From positions 3,066 to 67,065 of the forward strand of contig CADCCQ010000009.1 of the NCBI GenBank assembly GCA_902799955.1: DNA of 64,000 nucleotides, in the 5' to 3' direction. The position numbers were made by a program, and so were the translations under genes. Of the stretch, positions 11,945 through 21,634 are shown one piece after another. The notes under the pieces were generated by a model. That model made no database searches. It worked only from the letters and a program-made list of their open reading frames with translations, and was not told the origin of the DNA. Each line of letters starts with the position of its first letter. Positions within the stretch are counted from its first letter, which is position 1. Source of the stretch: an uncultured bacterium. GTDB taxonomy: Bacteria; Verrucomicrobiota; Kiritimatiellia; RFP12; UBA1067.

Positions 11945-13121
11945 GAGGTGTAAAATGGCTGAAGAAGAAGGCACCAGGGAAGGCAAGGGGACGGCCGTGG
12001 CCAAATCGCGCCGTCTCGCGTCGATCGACGCGCTGCGCGGCTTCGACATGTTCTTCATCACCGGGGGGTCGGCGCTGATCTCCGGGCTCTGCATTGCGTT
12101 CGAAAGCCCCAAGTGCTGGCTTGCGACGCAGATGAACCACGTCGCGTGGACGGGGTTCGCGCACCACGACACCATCTTCCCGCTCTTCCTCTTCCTCGCC
12201 GGCGTGTCGTGGCCGTTCTCCCTCGCGTCGCAGCGGGACAGGGGGCGGGCGACATGGCGCATACAGCTGAAGATACTCGCAAGGGTAGCCGTGCTGTTCC
12301 TAATAGGGCTTTCCTTCGGCGGCATCCTCAAGTTCAAGCCAGAGTTCCGCCTGATGAGCGTCCTCGGCTTCATAGGGATCGGCTGGGGAATCGCGGCGAC
12401 GCTGTCGCTGTACATAAAGCGCTCCTGGCAGCTGTTCGCGATCGCCGTGCTGACGCTCGCCGGGTACTACTACATGCTGCACTGCTGCGTGGCGCCGGGC
12501 GCCCCCGCGGGCGCGGATTCGTATTCCATGGCGTGGAACTACCCCTCGTACCTGGACCGCCAGGCCTGGCCCACCCACCTGTACTACAAGGGCAAGTTCG
12601 ACCCAGAGTCGTTCTTCTCGTTCCCCGGCGGCGCGGCGCTCGCCATCCTCGGCGTCCTCGCCGGACGCCTTCTGAATAGGCAGGACGGCCCGTCGCCGTG
12701 GCTGAGGTCGCTTATCCTCGCGGCAGGGGCGCTCGCCGCCTTCCTCGCCGCCCTTGGAATGGAGAGGTATCTCGGCGACCAGTGCATAAAGAAGCTCTGG
12801 ACCCCCTCGTTCGTCCTCTACGCCGCGACGTACTCCCTTGCAATGCTAGCACTGTTCTACTTCATCGTCGACGTTCTGAAGCTGAGGCGGTGGACGGTCG
12901 TGTTCGACCCGGTCGGCAAGAACTCCATCCTCGCGTATGTCCTAGGCATGATCGGCGTCACCGCCACGATCCAGCGGTTCCTCTTCCCCGGCCTGTGCGA
13001 CTGGGTCGTGGAAAAGTACGGAAAGGAATGGCGCACGGCGGTTGTGGGCCTAACCACCTATCTTGTCGTCTGGGGGATAACGTTCTTCTTCAAGCGCAAG
13101 AAGGTGTTCCTAAAGGTCTAG
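11934..13121 (+). CDS. Polytopic membrane protein, DUF5009 / heparan-alpha-glucosaminide N-acetyltransferase-like
   Basis: The N-terminal motif RLASIDALRGFDMFFITGG is followed by about 10 hydrophobic helices. An alternative ATG at 11955 is possible. Confidence 0.55.
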   Translation: MNCRRCKMAEEEGTREGKGTAVAKSRRLASIDALRGFDMFFITGGSALISGLCIAFESPKCWLATQMNHVAWTGFAHHDTIFPLFLFLAGVSWPFSLASQRDRGRATWRIQLKILARVAVLFLIGLSFGGILKFKPEFRLMSVLGFIGIGWGIAATLSLYIKRSWQLFAIAVLTLAGYYYMLHCCVAPGAPAGADSYSMAWNYPSYLDRQAWPTHLYYKGKFDPESFFSFPGGAALAILGVLAGRLLNRQDGPSPWLRSLILAAGALAAFLAALGMERYLGDQCIKKLWTPSFVLYAATYSLAMLALFYFIVDVLKLRRWTVVFDPVGKNSILAYVLGMIGVTATIQRFLFPGLCDWVVEKYGKEWRTAVVGLTTYLVVWGITFFFKRKKVFLKV

Positions 13122-13229
13122 CAAACTACCTGAAAATGTGATAGAATATAGACAGCGGGCGAGAGGTTCGCCCGGGATGAATGAAAAACAGAGGGGGTCG
13201 AGTGGTGCTGCAGATTTCGGGAGAGACAG

Positions 13230-14051
13230 ATGAGGCCGTTTCCTGACATAGAGTTCACGATGCCAGGCGAGGAGGTCGCACGGACGTCTTATGGCGTGGT
13301 TACGCAGGACGACTGGGGGCGTTATGCATTGCTGAAGGGCGTCGGTCCGGATGATGCGTCGGCGCCGGGCCTCGACCAGACGTATTCTGCATTCGTCAAC
13401 GTCGAGCGCGAGCTGGAGGCGTTCGGCATGGACTTCCCCGACGTCGTCCGCACCTGGCTCTACGCCGACCGCATCCTCGACTGGTACGCCGACCTCAACA
13501 AGGCGCGTGACAGGTTCTTCACGGAGCGCGGCGTCTACGACCGCTACGTCCCCGCCTCCACGGGGATCGGATGGTCGGCGGGCGGGGGCGCGAAGATCGT
13601 CCTCGGCGCGTTTGCCGCGCAGGCGCTGCGGCCGGGCGCCGTCGAGTTCGAGGCGCTGCCCAGCCCGCTCCAGTGCCCGGCGCTGGAATACGGCTCCAGC
13701 TTCTCCCGGGCGGCGGAGGTCCGCACCCCAGGCTGGCGACGCGTGCTCGTCTCCGGCACGGCGTCGATCGAGCCGGAGAGCCACGACGTCGCGCATGTCG
13801 GCGACATCGACCGTCAGATCGACTGCACGATGAAGGCCGTCGCCGCGATCTACGAATCGCGCGGGATGTCGCTTTCGGACGTCACGGGCGCGCTTGTCTA
13901 CTTGAAGGAGGAATCGTTCACGGAACCATGGGAGAGGTGGCTCGATGCCCACCCGGAATACCCGCGAGACCACTCGCGGGCGATCGTGGCCGACGTGTGC
14001 CGGCCCGAATGGCTGTTTGAAATCGAATCGGACGCAACAACATGGAAATGA
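13230..14051 (+). CDS. RidA/YjgF-fold protein, FkbO/Hyg5/XanB2-type chorismatase-like
   Basis: Blocks VRTWLYADRILDWYADLNKARDRFF, PASTGIG and VSGTASIE...HVGDIDRQIDCTMKAVAAI resemble the chorismatase/RidA superfamily. Confidence 0.45.
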   Translation: MRPFPDIEFTMPGEEVARTSYGVVTQDDWGRYALLKGVGPDDASAPGLDQTYSAFVNVERELEAFGMDFPDVVRTWLYADRILDWYADLNKARDRFFTERGVYDRYVPASTGIGWSAGGGAKIVLGAFAAQALRPGAVEFEALPSPLQCPALEYGSSFSRAAEVRTPGWRRVLVSGTASIEPESHDVAHVGDIDRQIDCTMKAVAAIYESRGMSLSDVTGALVYLKEESFTEPWERWLDAHPEYPRDHSRAIVADVCRPEWLFEIESDATTWK

Positions 14052-15475
14052 CATCCACGAGAAGGTCCTTCATCTGGGGCGCGGCCGCGCTGTCGGCGTG
14101 GCCTGCCGCCGCGGCGGTGAAGCCTGGCGGCGCGAAGGGCGCCGCAAAGAAGGGCGCCGCAAAAGGCGCCGCGAAGAAGGCCGCGGTCAAGCCGGCCTTC
14201 GTCTCCCCATGGGAGAAGCCCGACGGCATGGCGACGGACAGCGTGATGGCCAGGCGGCTCTACCTCGACCTCGCCGGGCGCATCCCGACCAAGGACGAGG
14301 CGCGGGAGTACGTCCTTGACGCGAAGCCCGGCAAGCGCAAGCGCCTCGTCGATCGGCTCATGGCGTCCGACGACTTCGCCGACTACTGGGCGATGCGCTT
14401 CTGCGACATCCTCAGGGTCAAGAGCGAGTTCCCGATAAACCTCTGGCCGAACGCCGTGTACGTCTACCACGACCGCATCAGGAGGTTCGTGAAGCGTAAC
14501 GAGCCGTGGGAGGACTTCGGGCGGGCGCTGCTGACGGCGCAGGGAAGCGACTTCCGCGACGCGGAGGTCAACTTCCTCCGCGCCACCGACAAGCGCACCC
14601 CGGATGGCTGGGCGGAGGCGACCGCGCAGGTCTTCCTCGGCGTCGAGCCTTCGGCGCTCCCCAAGGCGAGGAGGGCCGAGATCGCCTCGTACTTCGCGAA
14701 CGTCAGGATAAAGACGACCCGCGAGTGGAAGGAGGAGATAGTCTACGTCGAGGGGCCCGACAGGCGCGGCGAGCTGTGCGACAGGCTGTTCGTGAAGGGC
14801 CGCACCGAGGTCGCCGCCGCGTTCACGCGCCGCGTGCGCGGCTGGCTGTTCGGCCCGGCCGCCGCCGGCGGGGCCGCGGGCCCGACGCGCCTGAAGGACG
14901 CGCTTGCCAGGATACTTCTCTCCGACGAATACGCCAGGGGCTCCGTCACCGGCGGCTTTCCCGTGCGTCGGCTCGACGCGGAGGTGCTGGACGACGTGTT
15001 CTGCACCTTGAGCGGGTCCGTGCGCAACTACCAGTCCCCGGCGCCGGAGCCGTTCACGTTCCTGCCGCCGAAGCGCAAGACGGTCTCCATAGAGGACGGT
15101 TCGATATCCAACGGCTTCCTCACCCTCTTCGGGCGCCCTGCGCGAGACACGGGCCTCGACAACGAGCGAGGCGAGGACGTCACGGCCAAGCAGCGGCTCT
15201 ACCTCTTCAACTCCGGCAAGCTCAACAGGCAGATCGGCAGCATGATCCTGCCCGGCGGGCAGAAAGTCGACGGCAGGCCCAATCCGCTCCTCGCCCTGAA
15301 CTTTCGCCAGCGCATCGAGGAGCTCTACTGGCGCATCGTGTCCCGCGCCCCGACGGAAAGCGAGGTCTGGACGCTCCAGGCCGAGCAGAAGAGGCGCAAG
15401 GGCAGGAACTGGGACCTCTACCGCGACCTCATCTGGTGCCTCGTCAACACCAAGGAGTTCCTCTTCAGGATCTGA
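14042..15475 (+). CDS. DUF1549/DUF1553 (PSD1-like) domain protein
   Basis: Signal peptide, DUF1549-like block ARRLYLDLAGRIPTKDEAREY...DDFADYWAMRFCDILRV, and the typical C-terminal end LVNTKEFLFRI. Confidence 0.7.
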   Translation: MEMTSTRRSFIWGAAALSAWPAAAAVKPGGAKGAAKKGAAKGAAKKAAVKPAFVSPWEKPDGMATDSVMARRLYLDLAGRIPTKDEAREYVLDAKPGKRKRLVDRLMASDDFADYWAMRFCDILRVKSEFPINLWPNAVYVYHDRIRRFVKRNEPWEDFGRALLTAQGSDFRDAEVNFLRATDKRTPDGWAEATAQVFLGVEPSALPKARRAEIASYFANVRIKTTREWKEEIVYVEGPDRRGELCDRLFVKGRTEVAAAFTRRVRGWLFGPAAAGGAAGPTRLKDALARILLSDEYARGSVTGGFPVRRLDAEVLDDVFCTLSGSVRNYQSPAPEPFTFLPPKRKTVSIEDGSISNGFLTLFGRPARDTGLDNERGEDVTAKQRLYLFNSGKLNRQIGSMILPGGQKVDGRPNPLLALNFRQRIEELYWRIVSRAPTESEVWTLQAEQKRRKGRNWDLYRDLIWCLVNTKEFLFRI

Positions 15476-15490
15476 CAACGGAGCAAGACC

Positions 15491-16693
15491 ATGAAACCAG
15501 CGAAGAGCGTAGTTGAGATATGGCTCTGGGGCGGACCCAGCCAGCTTGAGACCTTCGACCCCAAGCCCGACGCCCCGCGCGACTACAACGGCGGGCTGAA
15601 GGCGATCCCGACCAACGTGCCCGGGATGGAGCTGCACGAATGGTGGCCGGAGCTCGCGAAGTGCGCCGACCTTTTCTCCGTCATCAGGACGATGACTCAC
15701 AGGCACAACGGACACGAGAGTGCGGCGTACCTCATGCAGACCGGGCGCATGCCGGGCGGCGGCGAGGTGTGCCCTGCCATCGGCGCCGTGATCTCGCAGG
15801 CGAAGAAGGCCGGGTACAAGGGCGACCTTCCGCCGTACGTGATCCTGACTGCCGCGAAGGGGCGCTTCAGCGAAGTAGGCTTCCTCGGCGCCGAGGCCGC
15901 GCCGCTGGTGACGGGCGGACAGCCCAACTCGCAGCGCTTCGTGGTGGACGGCATCGTCGCGCCGGCCGGCGTCAACCCCGCGGCGTCGAACGCGCGCTTC
16001 GACATGCTCGCAGAGCTCGACGCGTGGCGCCCGAAGGAGGGCTCCGCCAACGCCGCGCGCGCCAGGGAGTTCGACGTCGCCGGCGTCGAGGCGCGGCGCA
16101 TCGCCGAGGGCGACGCCGCGAAGGTGTTCGACCTGTCGCTGGAGTCGGAGGAGACCCGCAACCGCTACGGACGCACCCACGTCGGGCAGTCCCTGCTCGC
16201 GGCGCGCCGCCTCGTCGAGTACGGTGTCCCGTACATAACCTTGAACCACCCGGGCTGGGACTCGCACAAGCGCCACTTCGAGACGATGAAGAAGCGCAGC
16301 GCGGATACCGACATGGCCGTCGCGGCGTTCCTGAAGGACCTCAAGGATCGCGGACTCCTCGACTCCACCATAGTGTGGATGGGCGGCGAGTTCGGGCGCA
16401 CTCCGAAGGTGGGATGGGATCCGCCGTGGAACGGCGGGCGCAACCACTTCGCGAACTGCTTCTCCATGCTCGTCGCGGGCGGCGGCTTCAAGGGCGGATG
16501 CGTCGTCGGCAAGTCCGACGAGACCGCCTCCAAGCCGGTTGAGCGCCCCGTCTCTCCGCAGGACTTCCTCGGCAGCATCTACGAGCTGTGCGGAATCGAC
16601 CCCGACGGCCCGCTCGCCAACAACAAGGGAAAGAAGCTGACGGTCCTGCCGCCGCAGTCCGAGGCCGGTCGCCTCAAGGAGATCTACGCATGA
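15491..16693 (+). CDS. DUF1501 (sulfatase-like) domain protein
   Basis: Blocks VEIWLWGGPSQLETFDPKP, HPGWDSHKRHF and GGEFGRTPKV are present. This is the usual partner of DUF1549/1553 genes in PVC bacteria. Confidence 0.75.
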   Translation: MKPAKSVVEIWLWGGPSQLETFDPKPDAPRDYNGGLKAIPTNVPGMELHEWWPELAKCADLFSVIRTMTHRHNGHESAAYLMQTGRMPGGGEVCPAIGAVISQAKKAGYKGDLPPYVILTAAKGRFSEVGFLGAEAAPLVTGGQPNSQRFVVDGIVAPAGVNPAASNARFDMLAELDAWRPKEGSANAARAREFDVAGVEARRIAEGDAAKVFDLSLESEETRNRYGRTHVGQSLLAARRLVEYGVPYITLNHPGWDSHKRHFETMKKRSADTDMAVAAFLKDLKDRGLLDSTIVWMGGEFGRTPKVGWDPPWNGGRNHFANCFSMLVAGGGFKGGCVVGKSDETASKPVERPVSPQDFLGSIYELCGIDPDGPLANNKGKKLTVLPPQSEAGRLKEIYA

Positions 16694-18579
16694 AACGCAT
16701 TCCGCTTCTCGCGCTCGCCTCCGCGCTCGCGCTCGCCGCGTCCGGCGCCGACCCGTACGCGGGCTACATCTACCCCGCCGGGATCCAGGCCGGGACGACC
16801 AACCGCTTCATCATCGGCGGACAGGGCCTCGGCGGCCTGAAGTCCGTCCACTTCGACAACCCGGGGCTCAGGGTCCTGGAGGTCGAGGTAGTCCCTAATT
16901 TCCCGAACCCCGCAAACGGTCTCCAGCGCAGGCACCTCGTGAAGTGGCTCGACGGCATCGCCGCCGGGAACACGGAGGAGCCGCCGCTGCCTGACGACCC
17001 GCACATCAACGAATGGCGCTCGAATGTCTGGTGGCGGGCGCTAGGCACGCTCGACAAGGGCAAGCTCGCCATCGTCGAGCGCGATCTCTTCGTGCCGAGA
17101 AACGCCCTCCAGGCGACGCCGTCGCTCAGGCAGATGAGGCTCGTCACGGTTGCGGCGGACAAGGACGCCAAGCCGGGATGGTGCAGCTTCATGGTCGTCA
17201 GCCCGGGCGGCATCTCCGCGCCGCGTCCGTTCGAGGTGACTGCCGCGCGCCATGTCGAGGAGCCGCTCTACGTCCCGCCGCACAGAAAGCAGCCCGAGCC
17301 GCCCCTCGTCGACGTCCGCGAGGTCGGCGCGGTTCTTGACGGACAGATCAGGCCGGGCTCCACGGACGTCTTCCGCCTCCACCTCGCGGCGAACAGCCCG
17401 TACGTCCTCTCCGCCACCGCGCGCGAATTGCAGCCCTACATCGGCGACGCGGTCCCGGGGTTCTTCAACGCCGTCCTCGTCCTGAAGAACGAGAAGGGCG
17501 CAACGGTGATGAAGACGGACGACTCGCTCCGGTTCCGCCCGGACCCGGTCATGTACTTCACGCCGAAGGCCGACGGGGTCTTCACGCTTGAGATCCACGA
17601 CGTCCTCTACCGTGGCCGCGCGGACTTCGTGTACTCGATCGCGGTCAACGCGCCGGCGCCGCGCATCCGCTATCCGCAGGGCGGATTCCCGAGGAGCGTG
17701 ATGAACAGAAATCCGGACGGGATTGTGTCCGCGCCAGGGGAGGTCTCCCGCAGGAAGTTCGTCGTGGACGCGCCCGGGCCGCATGTCCTGGAGGTCGTGG
17801 CCCGCCGCCGCGGTTCGCCGCTCGACGCAGTCCTTGCGCTTCGGAAGGCGTCCGGCGGCCCCGTCCTCGCGCAGTGGGACGACGTGACAAACAAGGTGTT
17901 CGTCGGCTCCGTCCCGCAGGGCGAGTGCGATCCGATAGGCGTTTACGACTTCAAGGAGGCCGGCGAGTACGTCGCGGAGGTGACGGACCGCACAGGTCAC
18001 GGAGGCAAGGGCTACAACTGGTGGCTCGACGTGCGCAGGGAGAAGCCGGAGTTTTACGTGTATTCCGCGCGCTCCACACTTCCGCTCGGCTGGAAGAACG
18101 CCCTGAAGGTCGATTTCGTCCTCGAGCGCAGGAACGGATTCACGGGCGATGTCGAGCTGGAGTTCCCGGCGGGCGTGCAGGCTGTGGAGAAGTGCGCCTT
18201 CACCGGTGGGGTGGAGAGGATTACGGCGAAGCTCGTCTACAGGGGGCTGGAGAAGGCGGACATGCGCCAGGTCAAGATGACGGCGCGCGCAAAGGTCGGC
18301 GGCGACGAGATCCTGCGCGTCCAGGTTCTGCCGTGCGACGAGTACGAGCAGGCGTTCGCCTGGAAGCATCTCCTCCCTGCGTCGGCCTTCACCCTGAACG
18401 CGCCGCCCCTGCCGCCGAATGTCGCGAAGAGGCTTCAGCAGCAGAGGCTTCAGCAGCAGAAGAAACTACAGCAACAGCAGAAGCAGCAGCAAAAGCAGCA
18501 GAAGAAGGATCCCCAGATGAAGAAGAATCAGGGGAAAGGCCAGAACAGGAAAGACCAGAAGAGGGAGATTAGGTCATGA
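16690..18579 (+). CDS. Secreted hypothetical protein with Gln/Lys-rich C-terminal tail
   Basis: Start taken at the ATG at 16690 (MKRIPLLALASALALAASGA signal peptide) inside track ORF 16588..18579. The tail is QQQRLQQQKKLQQQQKQQQKQQKKDPQMKKNQGKGQNRKDQK. I recognise no catalytic motif. Confidence 0.5.
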   Translation: MKRIPLLALASALALAASGADPYAGYIYPAGIQAGTTNRFIIGGQGLGGLKSVHFDNPGLRVLEVEVVPNFPNPANGLQRRHLVKWLDGIAAGNTEEPPLPDDPHINEWRSNVWWRALGTLDKGKLAIVERDLFVPRNALQATPSLRQMRLVTVAADKDAKPGWCSFMVVSPGGISAPRPFEVTAARHVEEPLYVPPHRKQPEPPLVDVREVGAVLDGQIRPGSTDVFRLHLAANSPYVLSATARELQPYIGDAVPGFFNAVLVLKNEKGATVMKTDDSLRFRPDPVMYFTPKADGVFTLEIHDVLYRGRADFVYSIAVNAPAPRIRYPQGGFPRSVMNRNPDGIVSAPGEVSRRKFVVDAPGPHVLEVVARRRGSPLDAVLALRKASGGPVLAQWDDVTNKVFVGSVPQGECDPIGVYDFKEAGEYVAEVTDRTGHGGKGYNWWLDVRREKPEFYVYSARSTLPLGWKNALKVDFVLERRNGFTGDVELEFPAGVQAVEKCAFTGGVERITAKLVYRGLEKADMRQVKMTARAKVGGDEILRVQVLPCDEYEQAFAWKHLLPASAFTLNAPPLPPNVAKRLQQQRLQQQKKLQQQQKQQQKQQKKDPQMKKNQGKGQNRKDQKREIRS

Positions 18580-19769
18580 CGAAAGGGAAAATGGCACTGG
18601 CGGCTGCGCTTATGGGCGTTTCCGCCTCCGCGTGGGGCGCAAACGCCCCGGTGAACGTCCCGGAGCTGATGAAGTCGTTCAGCGGAAATGCGATCAAGTC
18701 AGTTGCCGACTGGGAGAGCGTCAGGAACCCGGAGATACTTGAGGCCTACCGCACCGAGGTGTTCGGCGTCAGGCCCAAGGCGGCCGACGAACGCAAGCGC
18801 GTCTCCTTCGAGGTGTTCGACGTCGGCGAGGCGATGGACGGCAGGGCCGTCCGCAAGCAGGTGCGGATCAGGTATGCCGGGCCGCACGGACAGTTCGCGT
18901 TCCCGGTTACCGTCTACATCCCGAAGGGGAAGGCGCCGAGCCCGGCTTTCGTCTACGCCGCCATCTACCACGACACTGTGGTCGACAAGGACGGCTGCGT
19001 GGTGAAGAGCCGCTTCTGGCCTGCGGAGGAGATCATCTCCCGCGGCTATGCGACGGCGGCGTTCATGGTGACGAACGTGGCGGCGGACGCCAAGGCGGGC
19101 TTTTCGCAGGGCGTGTTCCCGTCCGTGCAGCCAGAGGGCGAACGCACGGCGGATAGCTGGGCGACAATCTCGGCCTGGGCGTGGGCCGCGAGCCGCGTCA
19201 TGGACTGGATAGAGGCTGAGCCGCTTATCGACGCGAAGCGCGTCGGCATAGTCGGGCATTCGCGCGGAGGCAAGACGGCGATCTGGACCGGCGCGAACGA
19301 CCGCCGCTTTGCTATGGTCTGCTCTAACGACTCCGGCTGCAGCGGCGCGAAGCTCAACCACATAAACCTCCCACGGTCCGAAAGCATAGCGAAGATAACG
19401 AATAGATTTCCGTACTGGTTCTGCGTCAACTACCGCAGGCACGTCGGCAGGGAGATGGAGATGCCCTTCGACCAGCACGAACTGCTTGCGCTCATAGCGC
19501 CGCGGCTTCTCTGCGTGGCGTCCGCCACTAACGACGCCTGGGCCGGCCCGGAGGGGGAGTGGTGGTCTGCGAAGCTTGCGTCGCCCGCCTGGGAGCTGTA
19601 CGGGAAGAAGGGGCTTGTGGCGGACTCCATGCCCGCCCCCGGGGCTCCACAGCAGGAGGGGTGCGTCTCGTACCACCTGCGCGCCGGTGGGCACGACCTC
19701 TCGCCCTACGACTGGAAGTGCTACATGGACTTCGCCGACCGCCACGGCTGGCGTCCAGCCGCTCCCTAG
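18576..19769 (+). CDS. Carbohydrate esterase family 15-like (glucuronoyl esterase) serine hydrolase
   Basis: A signal peptide and the nucleophile-elbow motif VGIVGHSRGGKTAIW are present. The overall layout is similar to bacterial CE15 enzymes. Confidence 0.6.
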   Translation: MTKGKMALAAALMGVSASAWGANAPVNVPELMKSFSGNAIKSVADWESVRNPEILEAYRTEVFGVRPKAADERKRVSFEVFDVGEAMDGRAVRKQVRIRYAGPHGQFAFPVTVYIPKGKAPSPAFVYAAIYHDTVVDKDGCVVKSRFWPAEEIISRGYATAAFMVTNVAADAKAGFSQGVFPSVQPEGERTADSWATISAWAWAASRVMDWIEAEPLIDAKRVGIVGHSRGGKTAIWTGANDRRFAMVCSNDSGCSGAKLNHINLPRSESIAKITNRFPYWFCVNYRRHVGREMEMPFDQHELLALIAPRLLCVASATNDAWAGPEGEWWSAKLASPAWELYGKKGLVADSMPAPGAPQQEGCVSYHLRAGGHDLSPYDWKCYMDFADRHGWRPAAP

Positions 19770-19807
19770 CCCCGCCCGCGGCCAGTGCGCAAAGTGTATT
19801 TTTCTCC

Positions 19808-19836
19808 TTGTTTTGTATCATTGTTTTTGATATAAT
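19808..19836 (+). promoter_or_regulatory. Possible sigma70-type promoter (TTGTTT-17 nt-TATAAT) at the left edge of the low-G+C island
   Basis: The sequence ttgttttgtatcattgtttttgatataat lies 16 nt upstream of the first ATG of the M48 gene. Promoter rules for this lineage are unknown. Confidence 0.3.
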
Positions 19837-19851
19837 TTATGCGTAACGGGG

Positions 19852-20805
19852 ATGTGCAATGTCGAGGTTGCATTGTGTCGGCATCCGCTACGTAAATCAA
19901 AGATGAGATATATGAACTACAAGGAATTCATACATCCCGAAGATGAAGCGGCGATGCGAAATCTGGAAGCAGTTCCTGGTTTTGACGCCGTGGCGCGTTT
20001 CATACTGGAGCATTATACGGAAGATTTGATGCACGGCCTCTACATGGCGCAGAATGTGCGCCTGTCGCCGACGCAACTTCCTGAGATTTACAACCTTCTG
20101 CCTCCGATATGCGGCAAGTTCGGTCTTGAGCTGCCAGAATTCTATTTGACGATGGATCCAGCGCCAAATGCCTGGACGATAGGAGACAAGAGGAAGTTTA
20201 TCGTCATCACGAGTGGCTTGCTGAATCATGTCACTGATAAAAAGGAACTACAGTCGATCATAGCCCATGAATGTGGGCATATACTTTGCCGACACGTGTT
20301 CTACAATACCATAGCCATGCTTTTAGTTAATTTTGGCGAGAGCCTTGGCTTTGGCAAGATTGTCCTTACGCCGATACTCCTGGCCATGAAGTACTGGCAG
20401 AGGCGCAGCGAACTTTCGGCAGACAGGGCCAGTGCGGTGTTCATTGGCGACTCTGATGTTCCGTGCCGTGCGCTTCTAAGAATATGCGGCGGGCCGGACA
20501 ATTTGACGAAGGACATCAATCTGCATGAGTATGCGGAGCAGGCGAAGTCCTATTATGCTCTTCTTGCAAACAGCAAATGGAACAAGTTTCTTCAAAACAT
20601 GGCCGTTATGAACGCTGAACATCCCTTTGCGGCAGTTCGCATAAACGAACTGCTGTCGTGGACGGGCAATGAGCAGTTTGCCAGTCTGAAAGAGGCGATT
20701 GCGAGCGCCGAGGTTGCCCCGATGTGCCCGAAGTGCGGTAGGCGCATATCCACCAAGGCAAAGTTTTGCAAGTTCTGTGGTAGCATTCTGAAAGGAGGAA
20801 GGTAA
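19852..20805 (+). CDS. M48-family zinc metalloprotease with C-terminal zinc ribbon
   Basis: HEXXH motif IAHECGHILCRH plus downstream SELSADR. The C-terminal motif is CPKCGRRISTKAKFCKFCG. In-frame alternative starts exist at 19903 and 19912. Confidence 0.7.
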   Translation: MCNVEVALCRHPLRKSKMRYMNYKEFIHPEDEAAMRNLEAVPGFDAVARFILEHYTEDLMHGLYMAQNVRLSPTQLPEIYNLLPPICGKFGLELPEFYLTMDPAPNAWTIGDKRKFIVITSGLLNHVTDKKELQSIIAHECGHILCRHVFYNTIAMLLVNFGESLGFGKIVLTPILLAMKYWQRRSELSADRASAVFIGDSDVPCRALLRICGGPDNLTKDINLHEYAEQAKSYYALLANSKWNKFLQNMAVMNAEHPFAAVRINELLSWTGNEQFASLKEAIASAEVAPMCPKCGRRISTKAKFCKFCGSILKGGR

Positions 20806-21044
20806 TGGATTTGCTGCAAAGGCTGGATGAACTAGTCCAGAAGTCGGCGTCATTCCAGAAGATCATGGAAGACGGTGTTGTTGATGATGTCGAGGTTGAA
20901 GAACAGGCAAGACTTGTTGACGCAATGCTGTCTGATCTGGAACGGACGTTGTCGCCTGCAGATTTCGCTCGTGTGACGGAGTTCATGGCGGAGCTTTCCG
21001 TGCTGCAGGTGATTATGCGCTACAACCAAATGGGAGGGCGGTGA
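20805..21044 (+). CDS. Small acidic hypothetical protein (79 aa)
   Basis: The start overlaps the M48 stop (TAATG) and the next gene starts 1 nt after its stop. No motif was recognised. Confidence 0.45.
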   Translation: MDLLQRLDELVQKSASFQKIMEDGVVDDVEVEEQARLVDAMLSDLERTLSPADFARVTEFMAELSVLQVIMRYNQMGGR

Positions 21045-21045
21045 C

Positions 21046-21543
21046 ATGGCATTCACTTCGACAAAGGTATTCATGGTCCCGGCAAATCGTATTCCAGACA
21101 TGACTCGGATGTTGGAGGCGGCGCTTCGCCTGGATGGATATGAGACGCGCAGTGACTCGCTGCTGGGCGGCGGTATGGTCGTGTCAATCACAAAGGGGGG
21201 ATTGTTCAAGGCGATCATCGGGATGAAGACGGCGCTCAAGGTGGAACTGCGCGCGGACAACGGGAACGTACTTGCAAAGACTAGCGTAGGCATCTGGGGG
21301 CACCAGATCGTGCCTACGATGATTATGTGGCTTTGGTTTTGGCCAGTTCTCATCACACAGATATGGGGGTTGGTACAGCAGAACCATCTGGATGCGCAAG
21401 TGATGGAGATACTGGCCAAGGCGGCGGAAAAGGATACAACTACAATGGATGGTCAACCGGCGGATGCGCCTGCATGCTTCTGCTCCGAGTGCGGCAAGCC
21501 AGTAGCCGGCAACTTCTGCTCTAATTGCGGTGCAAAGCTGTGA
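21046..21543 (+). CDS. Hypothetical membrane-associated protein with C-terminal zinc ribbon
   Basis: A hydrophobic segment (IVPTMIMWLWFWPVLITQIWGLV) is present. The C-terminal CSECGKPVAGNFCSNCG is the same ribbon type as on the M48 protein. Confidence 0.5.
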   Translation: MAFTSTKVFMVPANRIPDMTRMLEAALRLDGYETRSDSLLGGGMVVSITKGGLFKAIIGMKTALKVELRADNGNVLAKTSVGIWGHQIVPTMIMWLWFWPVLITQIWGLVQQNHLDAQVMEILAKAAEKDTTTMDGQPADAPACFCSECGKPVAGNFCSNCGAKL

Positions 21544-21634
21544 CGGGTGCAATTCCAGTGGAGAGTCAGAGGTTGTTACAAAGTCCCTAGGCATACTATG
21601 CAAGGTGTGTTGATGTAGAGGAAAGGAAAGAAAG

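Noticed and set aside
9617-12415. 932-aa minus-strand ORF
   Set aside because: It is antisense to the GH2 and DUF5009 genes, has a low-complexity Arg/Ala/Pro/Val composition and carries no recognisable domain. It is a high-G+C artefact.
13156-13174. Hairpin cgggcga-gaggt-tcgcccg after the DUF5009 gene as a rho-independent terminator
   Set aside because: The stem is only 7 bp and there is no downstream T-tract, so the evidence is too weak to annotate.
13898-16447. 849-aa minus-strand ORF
   Set aside because: It is antisense to the DUF1549/1553 and DUF1501 genes, which have family-specific motifs. Its composition is typical of shadow ORFs.
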